From the NCBI GenBank assembly GCA_008369845.1, contig MRSU01005588.1, positions 47,542 to 67,541 on the forward strand: a stretch of DNA of 20,000 bases. Reading direction: 5' to 3'. Positions 12,901 to 17,634 of the stretch are shown here, piece after piece. Source of the stretch: Trichomonas gallinae (lineage: Eukaryota). The position numbers and the translations under genes were made by a program. The number at the start of each line of letters is the position of its first letter. The stretch's first letter is position 1. Below the pieces are notes generated by a model. That model saw nothing but the letters and a program-made list of their open reading frames with translations, was not told where the DNA came from and ran no database searches.

Positions 12901-15368
12901 AACAGCTTGCTGACCTTACACCACAGCTCACTGCTTCACTCGCAAGAGTCATGACAACAATCGACAATGCTGCTCTCAAGGAACGCTTGGTCAAGGATAT
13001 CGCATCTCTCGTCCAGGTCGTCAACGAGATCCAGATCTCATCAGTAGACTTGAAGAACCAGGAGAACTTGTTGAGATACAGGCAGATGTGCAGCATGATG
13101 CTCCAGATGGTGAAGAACCTCGACGCAGGCATCGTCCAGCCAAAGACAGCCAACTTCGAGATCAGGCCACTCAACACTCTCGCAAACGTCTGCAAGTCTC
13201 TTCAGGCGAAGGACATCGAGAGAATCCACACAGAAATTATCGAATTGCATGCAATGAAGACAGCATCAGTCGCACTCAACCTCCAGGAACCAATCCTCGA
13301 TGCACAGCTCGCAACACTTTCACAGATCGAACAGTACGTACAGAACTATTACATCTCAGGCAACGGTGCAGATTCCAATATCGTCAAGTTGCTTGAAGAT
13401 TCTGAAAAGAAGACAGTTGATCTCATCAACTCTCAGACACAGAATCCATTCAAGATGATCGACGCCATTTCAACACCTGCACAAGTTATAGAAATCTTCG
13501 ATGCTTCTCGTAAGTCAATCGATACCGCAACAGGCAACCTCATCAGTGCAAACTACAACAGAGACTCTCGTCGCACGAATGAGCTTATCAGCGACATCAT
13601 CAAGAGCGTCTCTGACAGCCAGGCAGCAATGTTCCGTGGAATCGATATCATAGCTACAACCCGCGCACCAGTCTACACTGACTTCATGCAGATGATCAAC
13701 AGCAGCATGAGCGCAATGAACTCTATTGTTGAAATCGGAAAGAGCTCTGCAGTATCAAGCACACAGATCAAGCGTGCAACACGTTCATTCAGCAGACTCA
13801 TCAACTCACTTCAAGACATAATCGAAGAGCCAGAGACAGCCAAGGAAGAACAAAAGCAGTCTAAGCTCGATGCAGCTCGTCTTGATTTCGTCAAGAACCT
13901 CGCACACAGTGCAATGAACGTCATTACAACCGTTTCTACGAATGCAACATCAAAGATCCCAGAATCATTCAACGCAATCATGCAACAAGAGAAGCCACGC
14001 CTTGACAGCTCACTCGCAGCGTTGTATACATCATTTGACGGCCTTGTTTCAATCAACACAGATGCATCAGTATCCAACGATTTCACTAATGAGTTCAACC
14101 AGCTCTACTCATCATTCAACATGTTCAATGACACAATCTCTGCAAAGGCACCATCACTCGAGCGCGTCACACAGTTGTTGGTTCGCATCGTTGATAACGT
14201 TTCGCACACAATCAACCAGATGGACAAGCTGACAGACGTTGTTCAGAGAGTCCCAGATATGGAGAACGCAGAGAAACTTCCAAAGGGATTCACTTTGCCA
14301 CCAGTTCCAGACACATCCAACACAACAATCCAGACAGCAGTTCCAGCATACGAGCAGTCAGTTCAGAAATATTCAGCCGCAGAAGCCAAGTTTTACAAGA
14401 CATTGGAGTCGAAGAAGGTCTCCAACAAGGATCTCGTAGACGCAATGCTTCCATTCCACGAGGCAATCAAGAACCTCACAGAATCACTTTTGGGTGTCTC
14501 TGCTACAGTTCTCAGCCTCGAAGGACAGCGCCAGCTTACATCATTCGCATCAACAATCTCAACAAGCTTTGATGCACTTCTCAACTCGCTCAGAGACAGA
14601 TTCTTGCTCAAGGGTGATTTCGACGTCGTCTCGCAGAAGAGCCGCGAAGAAATCAAGAACGTTGTCACAACAGCTATCGCTGTCAGCCGTGCAGCCCTCA
14701 AGAGGCACGAAGAAGAGCAGCGCCAGTATGCAGCTGTCGTTGCCAAGTACACTGCTGTCACAACACCACTCACAAACTACAAGGCTCGCCTCGAGCAGAC
14801 AATGGTCAGCGTCCAGGCGATGCCGACAACAATGGCATCAGAGCTCGCTACAACAATGATCAAGCCATGCCAGGGCATTTCTCAGGCATTGCAGCACTTA
14901 TTCTTGTTCTCCAAGGACCACGATGGCTCAATCAGAAATGCAGACGCAATGATTCAGGCGGGTACAGCTCTCAACAACGAGCTTATTGCAGCACAAGAGG
15001 CAATCAACAAGGTTGTCAGTGGAGAGCCACAGCCTGAAGCTATTACAGCTGCTGCAATGAAGAAAGTTGCAGAGTCAATTGCAAACTTCATCAAAGTCAC
15101 AGAAACAAAGAACACAGACGCAAAGAAGCTTCTCGACATCATCGGAACGTTCGGCCAGGCTTGCGGAGGCATTGCTAGAACGTCCGAGGAAGCACTCGCA
15201 ATCAAGAAGCAGCGCGTAGAGAGACAGGCTGCCGGTATCAGAGTCTTAGGCGGAGCTAAGGTTATTCCAAAGGCATCCATGATGAAGAGACTCGATCTCG
15301 AATCAAGAGTCATCAAGGCAAGAATGATTCTCGAAAGATCAGAGAAGTTGCTCGCAGCGATGAACTAA
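3..15368 (+). CDS. Giant talin-like cytoskeletal adaptor (multi-FERM head + long helical rod + C-terminal I/LWEQ/THATCH-like domain); 5'-partial
   Basis: One uninterrupted ORF ending at TAA 15366-15368. The frame is open to the window edge (3-44 reads KEDDILQTYSLQDG before the M at 45), so the true start is probably upstream. IRIHYPDDTVKTVRVDITLSIEE resembles talin F1 (LKIRMLDGTVKTIMVDDSKTVTD). TLPEQVDDYKELYFRRRF resembles talin TLREQGVEEHETLLLRRKFF. KYIALVRGLPDFG resembles the F2/F3 junction (RYVKLARSLKTYG). The C-terminus LESRVIKARMILERSEKLLAAMN resembles the talin dimerisation helix (AQEEMLRKERELEEARKKLAQIR). Codon bias is strong and uniform. Confidence 0.9.
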   Translation, partial: KEDDILQTYSLQDGMVVYILNRYKEIRIHYPDDTVKTVRVDITLSIEEITKFLFKKARLPVMLGYTLWWPDAKKNLVPLDFRMTLPEQVDDYKELYFRRRFYVLSAEVLQSTASAVQTVIECKKYIEEQNYKLEDNQLINLGMNYLYAIGTRNIRKGKFDLQDYVPKANTISQSLNQEFNHLLNDAKDTTQLSAAKKYIALVRGLPDFGVEKFKFSSYRDDFGKGQVIKKGYLFIGPFGVQILDPNEKPVFERIPYRQVKSYSASPNNFKIIFAVHRHTVTGFIRIRDSSQVDMMITYNIKLNHDLQILNKERKMEQALETALRLSGGWKDEQGRVHGPMLDFRIGVWGDPQLKETTWFDLETPQPKVLETSLIVTNLDQKEQWATLVQVVKGVNKWLLPDMILSDVHPYRDAIIYVHPAKLLIKFIVSDKRTKVIEIVTTKTVEELIPMIGDKFKIKNTLGYALFAPERKEKLRTLDNYKTITEQINKVADLYFRRFFFVISKSELEDPDSLLDLYYDVKQLVLEGKVDMKLPLALELAYYSIIAEHENPSTSHIAEDLSTMLPAGMQYHKKSRNEIVEMLKKNQIKTTREGMLKYINAARALPTFGATKHNCTFIQRDDKKVAEIPAVILVGPSRVFVVGKARKEQLAEAEYRHYIRTEFTDSELLIKYSSDKDTASQHILVRASDPSIIATFVTKHINILQQLLHRRVSELDPNADPVTSKERVILRTSRGWKIKENDPIQAYDMRYSGIQVLARARKHLKLTENISYSPLLQLTDDEFRWIAPDDLLGNYFPCDYMILQIFPTLVQLKVHLENQPTVTVTVDITKPLHELISQIADRLFIDYAIGYTLWIERPNKSPLPLDLCLSIPEQVAEPTDFLVKRRFFSWTKEDRQQDFVVRSIYPDVKANILSGIPTLQDSRPQELAIYSIYAENRGIKDPQQLKIPEVKDLFPSNTKKDKINMDNIKKYIRTNPVMKQLIALKKYILVAKNCNNFGSEIFNCTIYDDVRIKTPADIKIAIGPIGVGFQGSYMKTNSDGTETPAKLNERISYQYIHDYFLMVDHVTIRVSQANGKIRSFQIQSRKAKEIFSLLKQYIEIINKIIKARERLQAQNEDFKKKITGKIDFPIKIPVTRRLDHPNPPQFKFGRNFTGHEIMELSLYYFALPQEVDKWCLLYRSEKIENEETKKVYHWFRPTQKLQEYNPTPGDLIILLPLKPSVTVETEHGLSHTFNLDVTQPILEHTKETNEFFKIGSNLGFTFYDKLEDDSFHPLDFTRSIPTQTQYFSNIMLRRRFFIFTYEMFDDPESVMSIYMDTKLFIVQGKLVVNVEKAIDLAILSLYAETDDTAKVLEKANSMKVEQIQELFPKAIDVDQNLAEKFSKAVTVQPPLDKINAAKAYINNTMMMPGYGEEIYDVRYTYIEEMGDSQEDDGRISVSPRSILILTNQGQIIGEIFYPFLSEWNLYDKNKMIPFTHLQDINPDTFIQFDYTDFSAMHYTVRIESKQIENIASYVSNLLEILGWENIGHIIDYNQGLNFNREVHVDETYLLDEDFFHHNFDNIETIEINLDHTFKIDLDDDDDERNFTFNVNTNFNEQEFNEDAGDSIMDDDLEWRANPDGLQYQRTKNLLDMIELELQISPEDIEKLNPTQFFQQLATLNDSINQFTTECTNDDLRDRFLNIRTSIDTLCDTTQNIVQNDQEIRPFVDIIHTQLAQALQFIPVARSQSDWMFDNFKVQIKEKSQQVTTGPNKKDMPELSKSLIMISDAQESIADTLLRNSGLLKIMNIDTMDLQDRLRNTSATLTRLSATLTEQKNLMMIAPHLIPQVTSATNALQEIQEILDTVKANDVSIADLGEAQTKLRTLLAAAQKQIREQAVNQPELTRRAVIIMGNDNSIPETISGLEDIPTSSIKELPEAAQGLTNTAIDAIEELKKNLTQLKLNQTSEAARLEAIASLHRTSDSVKDALVQLRKIGLGTVQDSLILKLSNIEKLVANELDLVSTKNITPVSVAKVNDDLTYMLNFFARMKPSAVAQLNENDQMVLNKLKDYQFNLAQQQSALMVNTIDPNAVSRAQSILIQLKQEFPDISISISHMASIANDAKLPIIIERLDMNINKSLTDPIVQGENLSACEYVLKMQEANYATANLLNELANIKNLPSVAEDQELAERCARAIEMSQKAYLDLNDIRNDVVPNPFSRKSLDRTYEVIVKNVSAMNEIKVLAHRVADVAQNVRIDQLTDDIIANYNAVIHGLDNAHIDVLPDLNSKEPAKIEKVVPTSEDAQKVLDSLSNMIQIASYLAGLPEVTADPALYNGVSADYHAYYAQYNDVQAMLANPNESIYPIIQDLIGRSQNMHNIAMSIPSYANTPNSSESIPSIITHVQTIKMPSMKDEAEIVVSFEDVKKSLKDSKPTIKKLLDIIKDLRTTEDVKGSRATLQTLDDWTKSLESVLNKIEIHSTDANYTKQMAMNDKEALLVAQRKMVVIPLKVRQTLQKDQIEDLTPALEQFNTAALGSIALIRNLPRSKKIELKKFTLPHIEIDTEVDDLVGMLVDYSKEVNKIIDIVINLPQVHDSLNALNLINQMKQSFTYIDYEALRGLDEEDFMEKLVSIHNTIPALIASAEILQPLLDNDALTVALKGFNDLANSSYKMISVPHMNTHKSAEFQSQILPHLQHADQMITEAYKIAEIKTNVKLVNQLRGVHHLIKSSITELPTLKPRLVQTRCDDIYGSVCQVLPSLYDAGNFDNLERSLQNLGFIAENYTALPTQRKGKTEILVYKDKLIEDQALKHLVESLKDNLTSDLNEFTNELKQNIKESLKVIHDHQNSVSPSVTLAVNELINLINRNNDTAIIPAAKVINNVSNSYDERTENQAEIALSSTVAASMQLLKMIKAMKYLQDQIHDNARKFGSDVFYYTERANNNIKDADAKLLVECQTLPAAILNIDNLHKNRADIALVIQSLEGNELVKGIVQPLEESLVTFSDNVHAADSSFASILLNNLERIACPLDKMNIVSPQTSSQEMLNFLTNIIPIIRSIDRQRIVGRQELMNVCRIYKDFVANVYGTINFIKSKYQKPVDEAIKALEKYKNMIDMYSEPPTFSDRAEAISHLLATSVLAKKSLASVAQDAQQNPESAGTVLSPTTDIIDELVLTHSIAEQYGFKDEETKAKITEASQKMSKIYKETSKHEFGQTAQDVTALAKVLNDLIVTVNGKQEIDFESADSNINFKDVNAELYLSSITDQSCYNLALQSNQLLQNLKTQMMQLKQARVHSGKQSQNVTEILKKQSTQSALAASSLSIALNPTLAFTSLDASIIAPSVIQSMEYGAVYAAAVPILQQPKLSESNTRLLISQRLEALRQKELTEFPDTVKMLSSKQTFKFTSDEITDAVMSIQSLLNSFNEGTKIEEALSRLTPSQVLVQQHVLKFALDGIKNNMIDTGIVTSSEGLSANKLNLLEAAAHKQAQNPSKLNVRTVNDVNNAFVKNMAIVNVLESLISITQQQIAEVPELCRFINTPEGQSIFKSPLDAGQIIEAQQQVLRQVALADSQENLAAYTRTFTPAQLINQQRIISHTVSMLTADDVYTIINDPNVGTTPMEILKAANLKVQDKLKNNEENNKQTALIETDNVSKLQEFCNDMMERLLLAQALMTVQATHDAALPGLHQQLEAIDVAQPINGQFLEQLVPILKTEIEYCNSPQQFAEVLAQMKPEDIQSQQPYIAFLAGALTTLPRNELCSASSVPFKSSADDIIEKIINSVTDILTEAPELLTDVDPISSETNFEDFTNHLMVLNSCMTATNMERIISQIRANNAMIDQVGQAQNVQQVFSSFTNQDADNVRENLLVLYDLVNQSTEELDQAVKQLSEQEIHQSYCMLITELLRVSNIDNITQKVKARSAETRIFDRSLLIQSEPQKGIAQQPIASVLPDVQAIDPEVLEEYKSLAKASFSSNMTRLAVEYNKALNKPLPQIQELLVQQQGKFDLAKLNELEQIVYQQIYTIGQDEPQVLAQISQMSDEDKVLTQSLIMNISQLAESAQYMDAVCTNINFLPADLDDPKVIDQTNQVSAATIAMNLIQYQQQMLQQSTHFVTQMPLPNAAVLEKNVAAAKEIQNRSLITSKLATLQKQLLTKSPELHGLVEQSKQNGSVKINISPELLVQLQGEVKSLVSTSATASRIVPLAAGDSDDNIKRLAVINNLVSIVKPHTTVITPITSLENFQSIFDDKYNAATVPVSVSLIVVNKPRTQLMATASAAQTAAGLLPILAQFSSLPISECFNIFSSENTEAIKLIQKLMTPISQQDRDLYVQQLADLTPQLTASLARVMTTIDNAALKERLVKDIASLVQVVNEIQISSVDLKNQENLLRYRQMCSMMLQMVKNLDAGIVQPKTANFEIRPLNTLANVCKSLQAKDIERIHTEIIELHAMKTASVALNLQEPILDAQLATLSQIEQYVQNYYISGNGADSNIVKLLEDSEKKTVDLINSQTQNPFKMIDAISTPAQVIEIFDASRKSIDTATGNLISANYNRDSRRTNELISDIIKSVSDSQAAMFRGIDIIATTRAPVYTDFMQMINSSMSAMNSIVEIGKSSAVSSTQIKRATRSFSRLINSLQDIIEEPETAKEEQKQSKLDAARLDFVKNLAHSAMNVITTVSTNATSKIPESFNAIMQQEKPRLDSSLAALYTSFDGLVSINTDASVSNDFTNEFNQLYSSFNMFNDTISAKAPSLERVTQLLVRIVDNVSHTINQMDKLTDVVQRVPDMENAEKLPKGFTLPPVPDTSNTTIQTAVPAYEQSVQKYSAAEAKFYKTLESKKVSNKDLVDAMLPFHEAIKNLTESLLGVSATVLSLEGQRQLTSFASTISTSFDALLNSLRDRFLLKGDFDVVSQKSREEIKNVVTTAIAVSRAALKRHEEEQRQYAAVVAKYTAVTTPLTNYKARLEQTMVSVQAMPTTMASELATTMIKPCQGISQALQHLFLFSKDHDGSIRNADAMIQAGTALNNELIAAQEAINKVVSGEPQPEAITAAAMKKVAESIANFIKVTETKNTDAKKLLDIIGTFGQACGGIARTSEEALAIKKQRVERQAAGIRVLGGAKVIPKASMMKRLDLESRVIKARMILERSEKLLAAMN
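1020..2125 (+). other. Talin-type FERM head unit 2 (F0-F3); protein domain within CDS
   Basis: F0 W motif KWLLPDMILSD (W at 1191); F1 LLIKFIVSDKRTKVIEI...GYAL; YFRRFF at 1482-1499; F2 DPDSLLDLYYDVKQLVLEG...ALELA; YINAARALPTFG at 1791-1826. Boundaries approximate. Confidence 0.85.
2178..3310 (+). other. Talin-type FERM head unit 3 (F0-F3); protein domain within CDS
   Basis: F0 RWIAPDDLLGNY (W at 2352); F1 LKVHLENQPTVTVTVDITKPL...GYTLW...PLDLCLSIPEQ; KRRFF at 2649-2663; YILVAKNCNNFG at 2958-2993. Boundaries approximate. Confidence 0.85.
3381..4566 (+). other. Talin-type FERM head unit 4 (F0-F3); protein domain within CDS
   Basis: F0 HWFRPTQKLQEY (W at 3579); F1 ...GFTFY...PLDFTRSIPTQ; RRRFF at 3876-3890; F2 DDPESVMSIYMDTKLFIVQG...AIDLA; YINNTMMMPGYG at 4197-4232. 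Boundaries approximate. Confidence 0.85.
5260..8300 (+). repeat. Degenerate protein-level tandem repeat array A in the rod (~120-145 aa helical-bundle units, 5 clear, up to ~8)
   Basis: Recurring turn motif IKNLPSVAEDQEL (P 6474), LAGLPEVTADPAL (6906), LRTTEDVKGSRAT (7278), VINLPQVHDSLNA (7701), AYKIAEIKTNVKL (8055). Spacings are 144, 124, 141 and 118 aa. Weaker matches occur upstream. Confidence 0.55.
10030..12600 (+). repeat. Degenerate protein-level tandem repeat array B in the rod (~150 aa, Gln-rich, 5-6 units)
   Basis: Recurring motif LSRLTPSQVLVQQ (10233), TRTFTPAQLINQQ (10668), LAQMKPEDIQSQQ (11115), VKQLSEQEIHQSY (11580), ISQMSDEDKVLTQ (12030). Spacings are 145, 149, 155 and 150 aa. 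A second in-phase motif (EFPDT 10089, EVPEL 10509, ALPGL 10968, PLPQI 11886, KSPEL 12378) supports the period. Confidence 0.65.
14745..15365 (+). other. Divergent I/LWEQ (THATCH) F-actin-binding module plus C-terminal dimerisation helix; protein domain within CDS
   Basis: NADAMIQAGTALNNELIAAQEAINKVVSGEPQPEAITAAAMKKVAESIANFIKVTETK aligns by eye to talin WSQGLISAARMVAAATNNLCEAANAAVQGHASQEKLISSAKQVAASTAQLLVACKVK. It is followed by a flexible linker (GIRVLGGAKVIPK) and a terminal helix matching the talin/HIP1/Sla2 latch. Confidence 0.7.
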
Positions 15369-15408
15369 GCCTTTTATTTTTATTTCATTTTTATTTTTGC
15401 GCTTTTTT

Positions 15409-15450
15409 TAAAATAATTCATGAATTTTTATTATCGCTACAATTTTCTTT
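15409..15450 (+). terminator. Candidate trichomonad-type 3'-processing signal for the talin-like gene
   Basis: First TAAA after the stop is at 15409-15412, followed ~28 nt later by C-AATT (15440-15444) and a T-rich tract. This fits the UAAA ... Y(A)nAAUU ... U-rich pattern described for T. vaginalis, but such words are common in AT-rich DNA. Confidence 0.25.
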
Positions 15451-15695
15451 GATTATCAATTAATTCAACTATTTACTAAAATCAAATGAATATGAAAACA
15501 TTCCGAGTTGATTTGGAATATGATAAAAAATAAAAATATTTTAATTTTGGATAATTTTCATGTTTGTAAAGATATTTCTATTCTAGTGGTATTAAGTATT
15601 ATGATGAATGTAATGATTTTAGGTAAAATGAATTATTTGAGAAATGTGAATTGTCAGACAATTGTCATTTGACGATTTTACGTGGCAGAATGAAG

Positions 15696-15700
15696 TCATT
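15696..15700 (+). promoter_or_regulatory. Initiator (Inr) element TCA(+1)TT of the J-protein gene
   Basis: TCATT has its A 14 nt upstream of ATG 15712, the spacing typical of trichomonad Inr promoters. Initiation here would exclude the out-of-frame ATG at 15690. Confidence 0.6.
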
Positions 15701-15711
15701 AAATTTCAGAA

Positions 15712-17634
15712 ATGTCGGATTTCGACGAAGATACCGACTTCTACACGATTCTCGATGTCGGATTCAATGCAACGAATGACGAAATCAAGGCGGCCTACAG
15801 AAAACAAGCGAAAAAATATCATCCAGACAGAAATAGAGATGATCCGGAAGAGGCCACTCGCGTTTTCCAGCTTATTGAGCGTGCATACGCGACATTAAGC
15901 GATCCAAAGAAGAAGGCAACTTATGATAAGCAGTTTGTACAACATTCAGGATTTGCAAGTTTTAGAATTGGCAAAATAATCGATTACTTCAATGATCCTG
16001 GTGATCTTGAGGATGATGAGATTGCTTATGATGACTCCATTTCTGGTTTCTTTCAAGCTACAGAAAGAAAATTCTTATCAATCGCCAAAGAAGAAGAATT
16101 GGGCAACAGTACTCCAGTATTTGGTCGTTCAAAAACTCCATGGGAAGTTGTCAGTGAGTTTTACAATTTTTGGACTAATTATAATGCAAAGCCAATTGAT
16201 ATGCAAGGAAATCAAAAGGAAATTAAGCGCCATCTGCTTGAAAGAACAAGACAGATCAGAAACTTCGCTGAACAAACAAAACAAAAGGATCCAAGAGTTA
16301 AGAGACAAGCTCAGATTTTAGAGCAGCAGAACATGCGTAAATCAGTAGAAGCAGAAAGGAAGAAGCAAGAAAACCATAAGAAAGTCCTTGAAGAAATAGA
16401 AAAATATCAACAAGAAGATAATTATGATCCAAAGAAGCATTTAATCCTTTCAGAATTTGATGATAAGAAAGAAGCCACTGAAAATGTTCTTTCTTGCGAA
16501 TACTGTGGCCGTGATTTCCCTGATGAATCTAAATTTATCACTCATTGCAAGACAAACAAGCATCAGAAAGCTGTTTCCAAAGTAAAACAGGCTTTCATTC
16601 ACGATCCAGCATCTTTCAAGCATTCTCCAGTTCTTTACACAATTCTAGGATTATCTGTCGAAGAAATCGAACGTTATGGCGATAAAAAGATTGCCACACA
16701 GCCACTAATAGAGAAGAAGGAGCAGAAAGTCGCACGCGGTTCATCAAAAATCATAAATATTGAAAATGATGAAGATGATGACGAAAATGAGAACGAAAAC
16801 GACGACGAATTCGACGGATTCGTAAGAAAGAAAGAGAAGAAAGCAAAGAAGGATGAGGATGAAAAGAACCCAAAGAAAGGAAAAGGAAAGAAAGGCAAGA
16901 ACAGCAAGAACAAAGACGACGAAGAAGACGACTGGAAGAACCGTCACGCGTTGAATAAAAAGAACAAAGGAAAACAAGAACAACAGAATACAAAAGGAAA
17001 ACGTCACGCGAAAGGCCACAAGAATTCGGATGAAGACGAAGAAATCGAAAATGACGAAGAGATTCAAGTAACAACAAGAGAAGTCGAAATAGAAGATAAT
17101 GAAAACCACGAAAATGGAAATGAAGAAGAGGAAGAAATTTATGTTGCTTCAAAACAGCAGCAACAGAATAATAATAATAATAAGAAAGGAGGAAGAAAAG
17201 GAAAACAGCAGAAGAAAAAAGGTCAGAAAACTTTGGAAGAAAAAATCTTAAGAGAAGAACAAGAAAAGAGAAAGAAGGCAGAAGAAGCAGCCAGACTCGA
17301 AGCAGAAAAGAAGCAAAAGATTGAAGAAGAAGAGGAGGAAGAAGAAATTGTTGAATTTGAAGAAAAACCTAAGAATGAAGGAAAAGTCGAAAACAATCTT
17401 TTCGCTGCTCTAATGGATGATGAACCCGAGCCAGAGCCTGTCTACGAAAATAATCCTGAAGAAGTTGAAGAAGAAATTGTCGAGGAAGAGAAAGTTGTGG
17501 AAGAAGTTGTTGAAGAAAAGAAGCAAAACAAGAAGGAGCCGACACTCATCATCATTTTAGTTATTTTGTTTGTTTTATTATTGGTCTGTGGCGCTGGATT
17601 CGGTTACTGGTGGACACAGATCAAGAACAAATAA
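15712..17634 (+). CDS. DnaJ/Hsp40 class C co-chaperone, DNAJC21/Jjj1-like (J domain, partial zuotin-homology domain, C2H2 zinc finger) with C-terminal transmembrane anchor
   Basis: 640-aa ORF. The J domain DFYTILDV...EIKAAYRKQAKKYHPDRN...FQLIERAYATLSDPKKKATYD has an intact HPD (15820-15828). PVFGRSKTPWEVVSEFYNFW...KDPRV (16114-16299) is the Zuo1/Jjj1 ZHD signature. CEYC-x12-H-x5-H finger at 16495-16563. E/K/D/N low-complexity tract follows. Hydrophobic LIIILVILFVLLLVCGAGFGYWW at 17545-17613. Confidence 0.9.
   Translation: MSDFDEDTDFYTILDVGFNATNDEIKAAYRKQAKKYHPDRNRDDPEEATRVFQLIERAYATLSDPKKKATYDKQFVQHSGFASFRIGKIIDYFNDPGDLEDDEIAYDDSISGFFQATERKFLSIAKEEELGNSTPVFGRSKTPWEVVSEFYNFWTNYNAKPIDMQGNQKEIKRHLLERTRQIRNFAEQTKQKDPRVKRQAQILEQQNMRKSVEAERKKQENHKKVLEEIEKYQQEDNYDPKKHLILSEFDDKKEATENVLSCEYCGRDFPDESKFITHCKTNKHQKAVSKVKQAFIHDPASFKHSPVLYTILGLSVEEIERYGDKKIATQPLIEKKEQKVARGSSKIINIENDEDDDENENENDDEFDGFVRKKEKKAKKDEDEKNPKKGKGKKGKNSKNKDDEEDDWKNRHALNKKNKGKQEQQNTKGKRHAKGHKNSDEDEEIENDEEIQVTTREVEIEDNENHENGNEEEEEIYVASKQQQQNNNNNKKGGRKGKQQKKKGQKTLEEKILREEQEKRKKAEEAARLEAEKKQKIEEEEEEEEIVEFEEKPKNEGKVENNLFAALMDDEPEPEPVYENNPEEVEEEIVEEEKVVEEVVEEKKQNKKEPTLIIILVILFVLLLVCGAGFGYWWTQIKNK
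16760..17535 (+). repeat. Purine-rich low-complexity coding tract (GAA/AAG/GAT runs, (AAT)5 at 17167-17181) encoding alternating acidic and basic blocks
   Basis: Directly visible GAA-rich runs encoding EEEEEEE, DDDENENEND, KKGKGKKGK and QQQQNNNNNKKGGRKGK. Confidence 0.7.

Noticed and set aside
40..15316. Dozens of 60-240 aa alternative-frame and antisense ORFs overlapping the giant gene (e.g. 9977-10699 minus, 3115-3726 plus)
   Set aside because: These are Ser/Arg/Thr-rich or hydrophobic shadow translations expected from the strong codon bias (few TTA/CTA codons, C-ending codons). They show no recognisable domains.
15662..16321. Plus-strand ORFs 15662-15898 and 15992-16321
   Set aside because: They are out-of-frame overlaps with the J-domain gene, have no motif support, and the first begins upstream of the predicted Inr.
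16674..17152. Phe/Ser/Leu-rich minus-strand ORFs that look like membrane proteins
   Set aside because: They are simply the reverse complement of the GAA/AAG-rich low-complexity tract of the J-protein gene.
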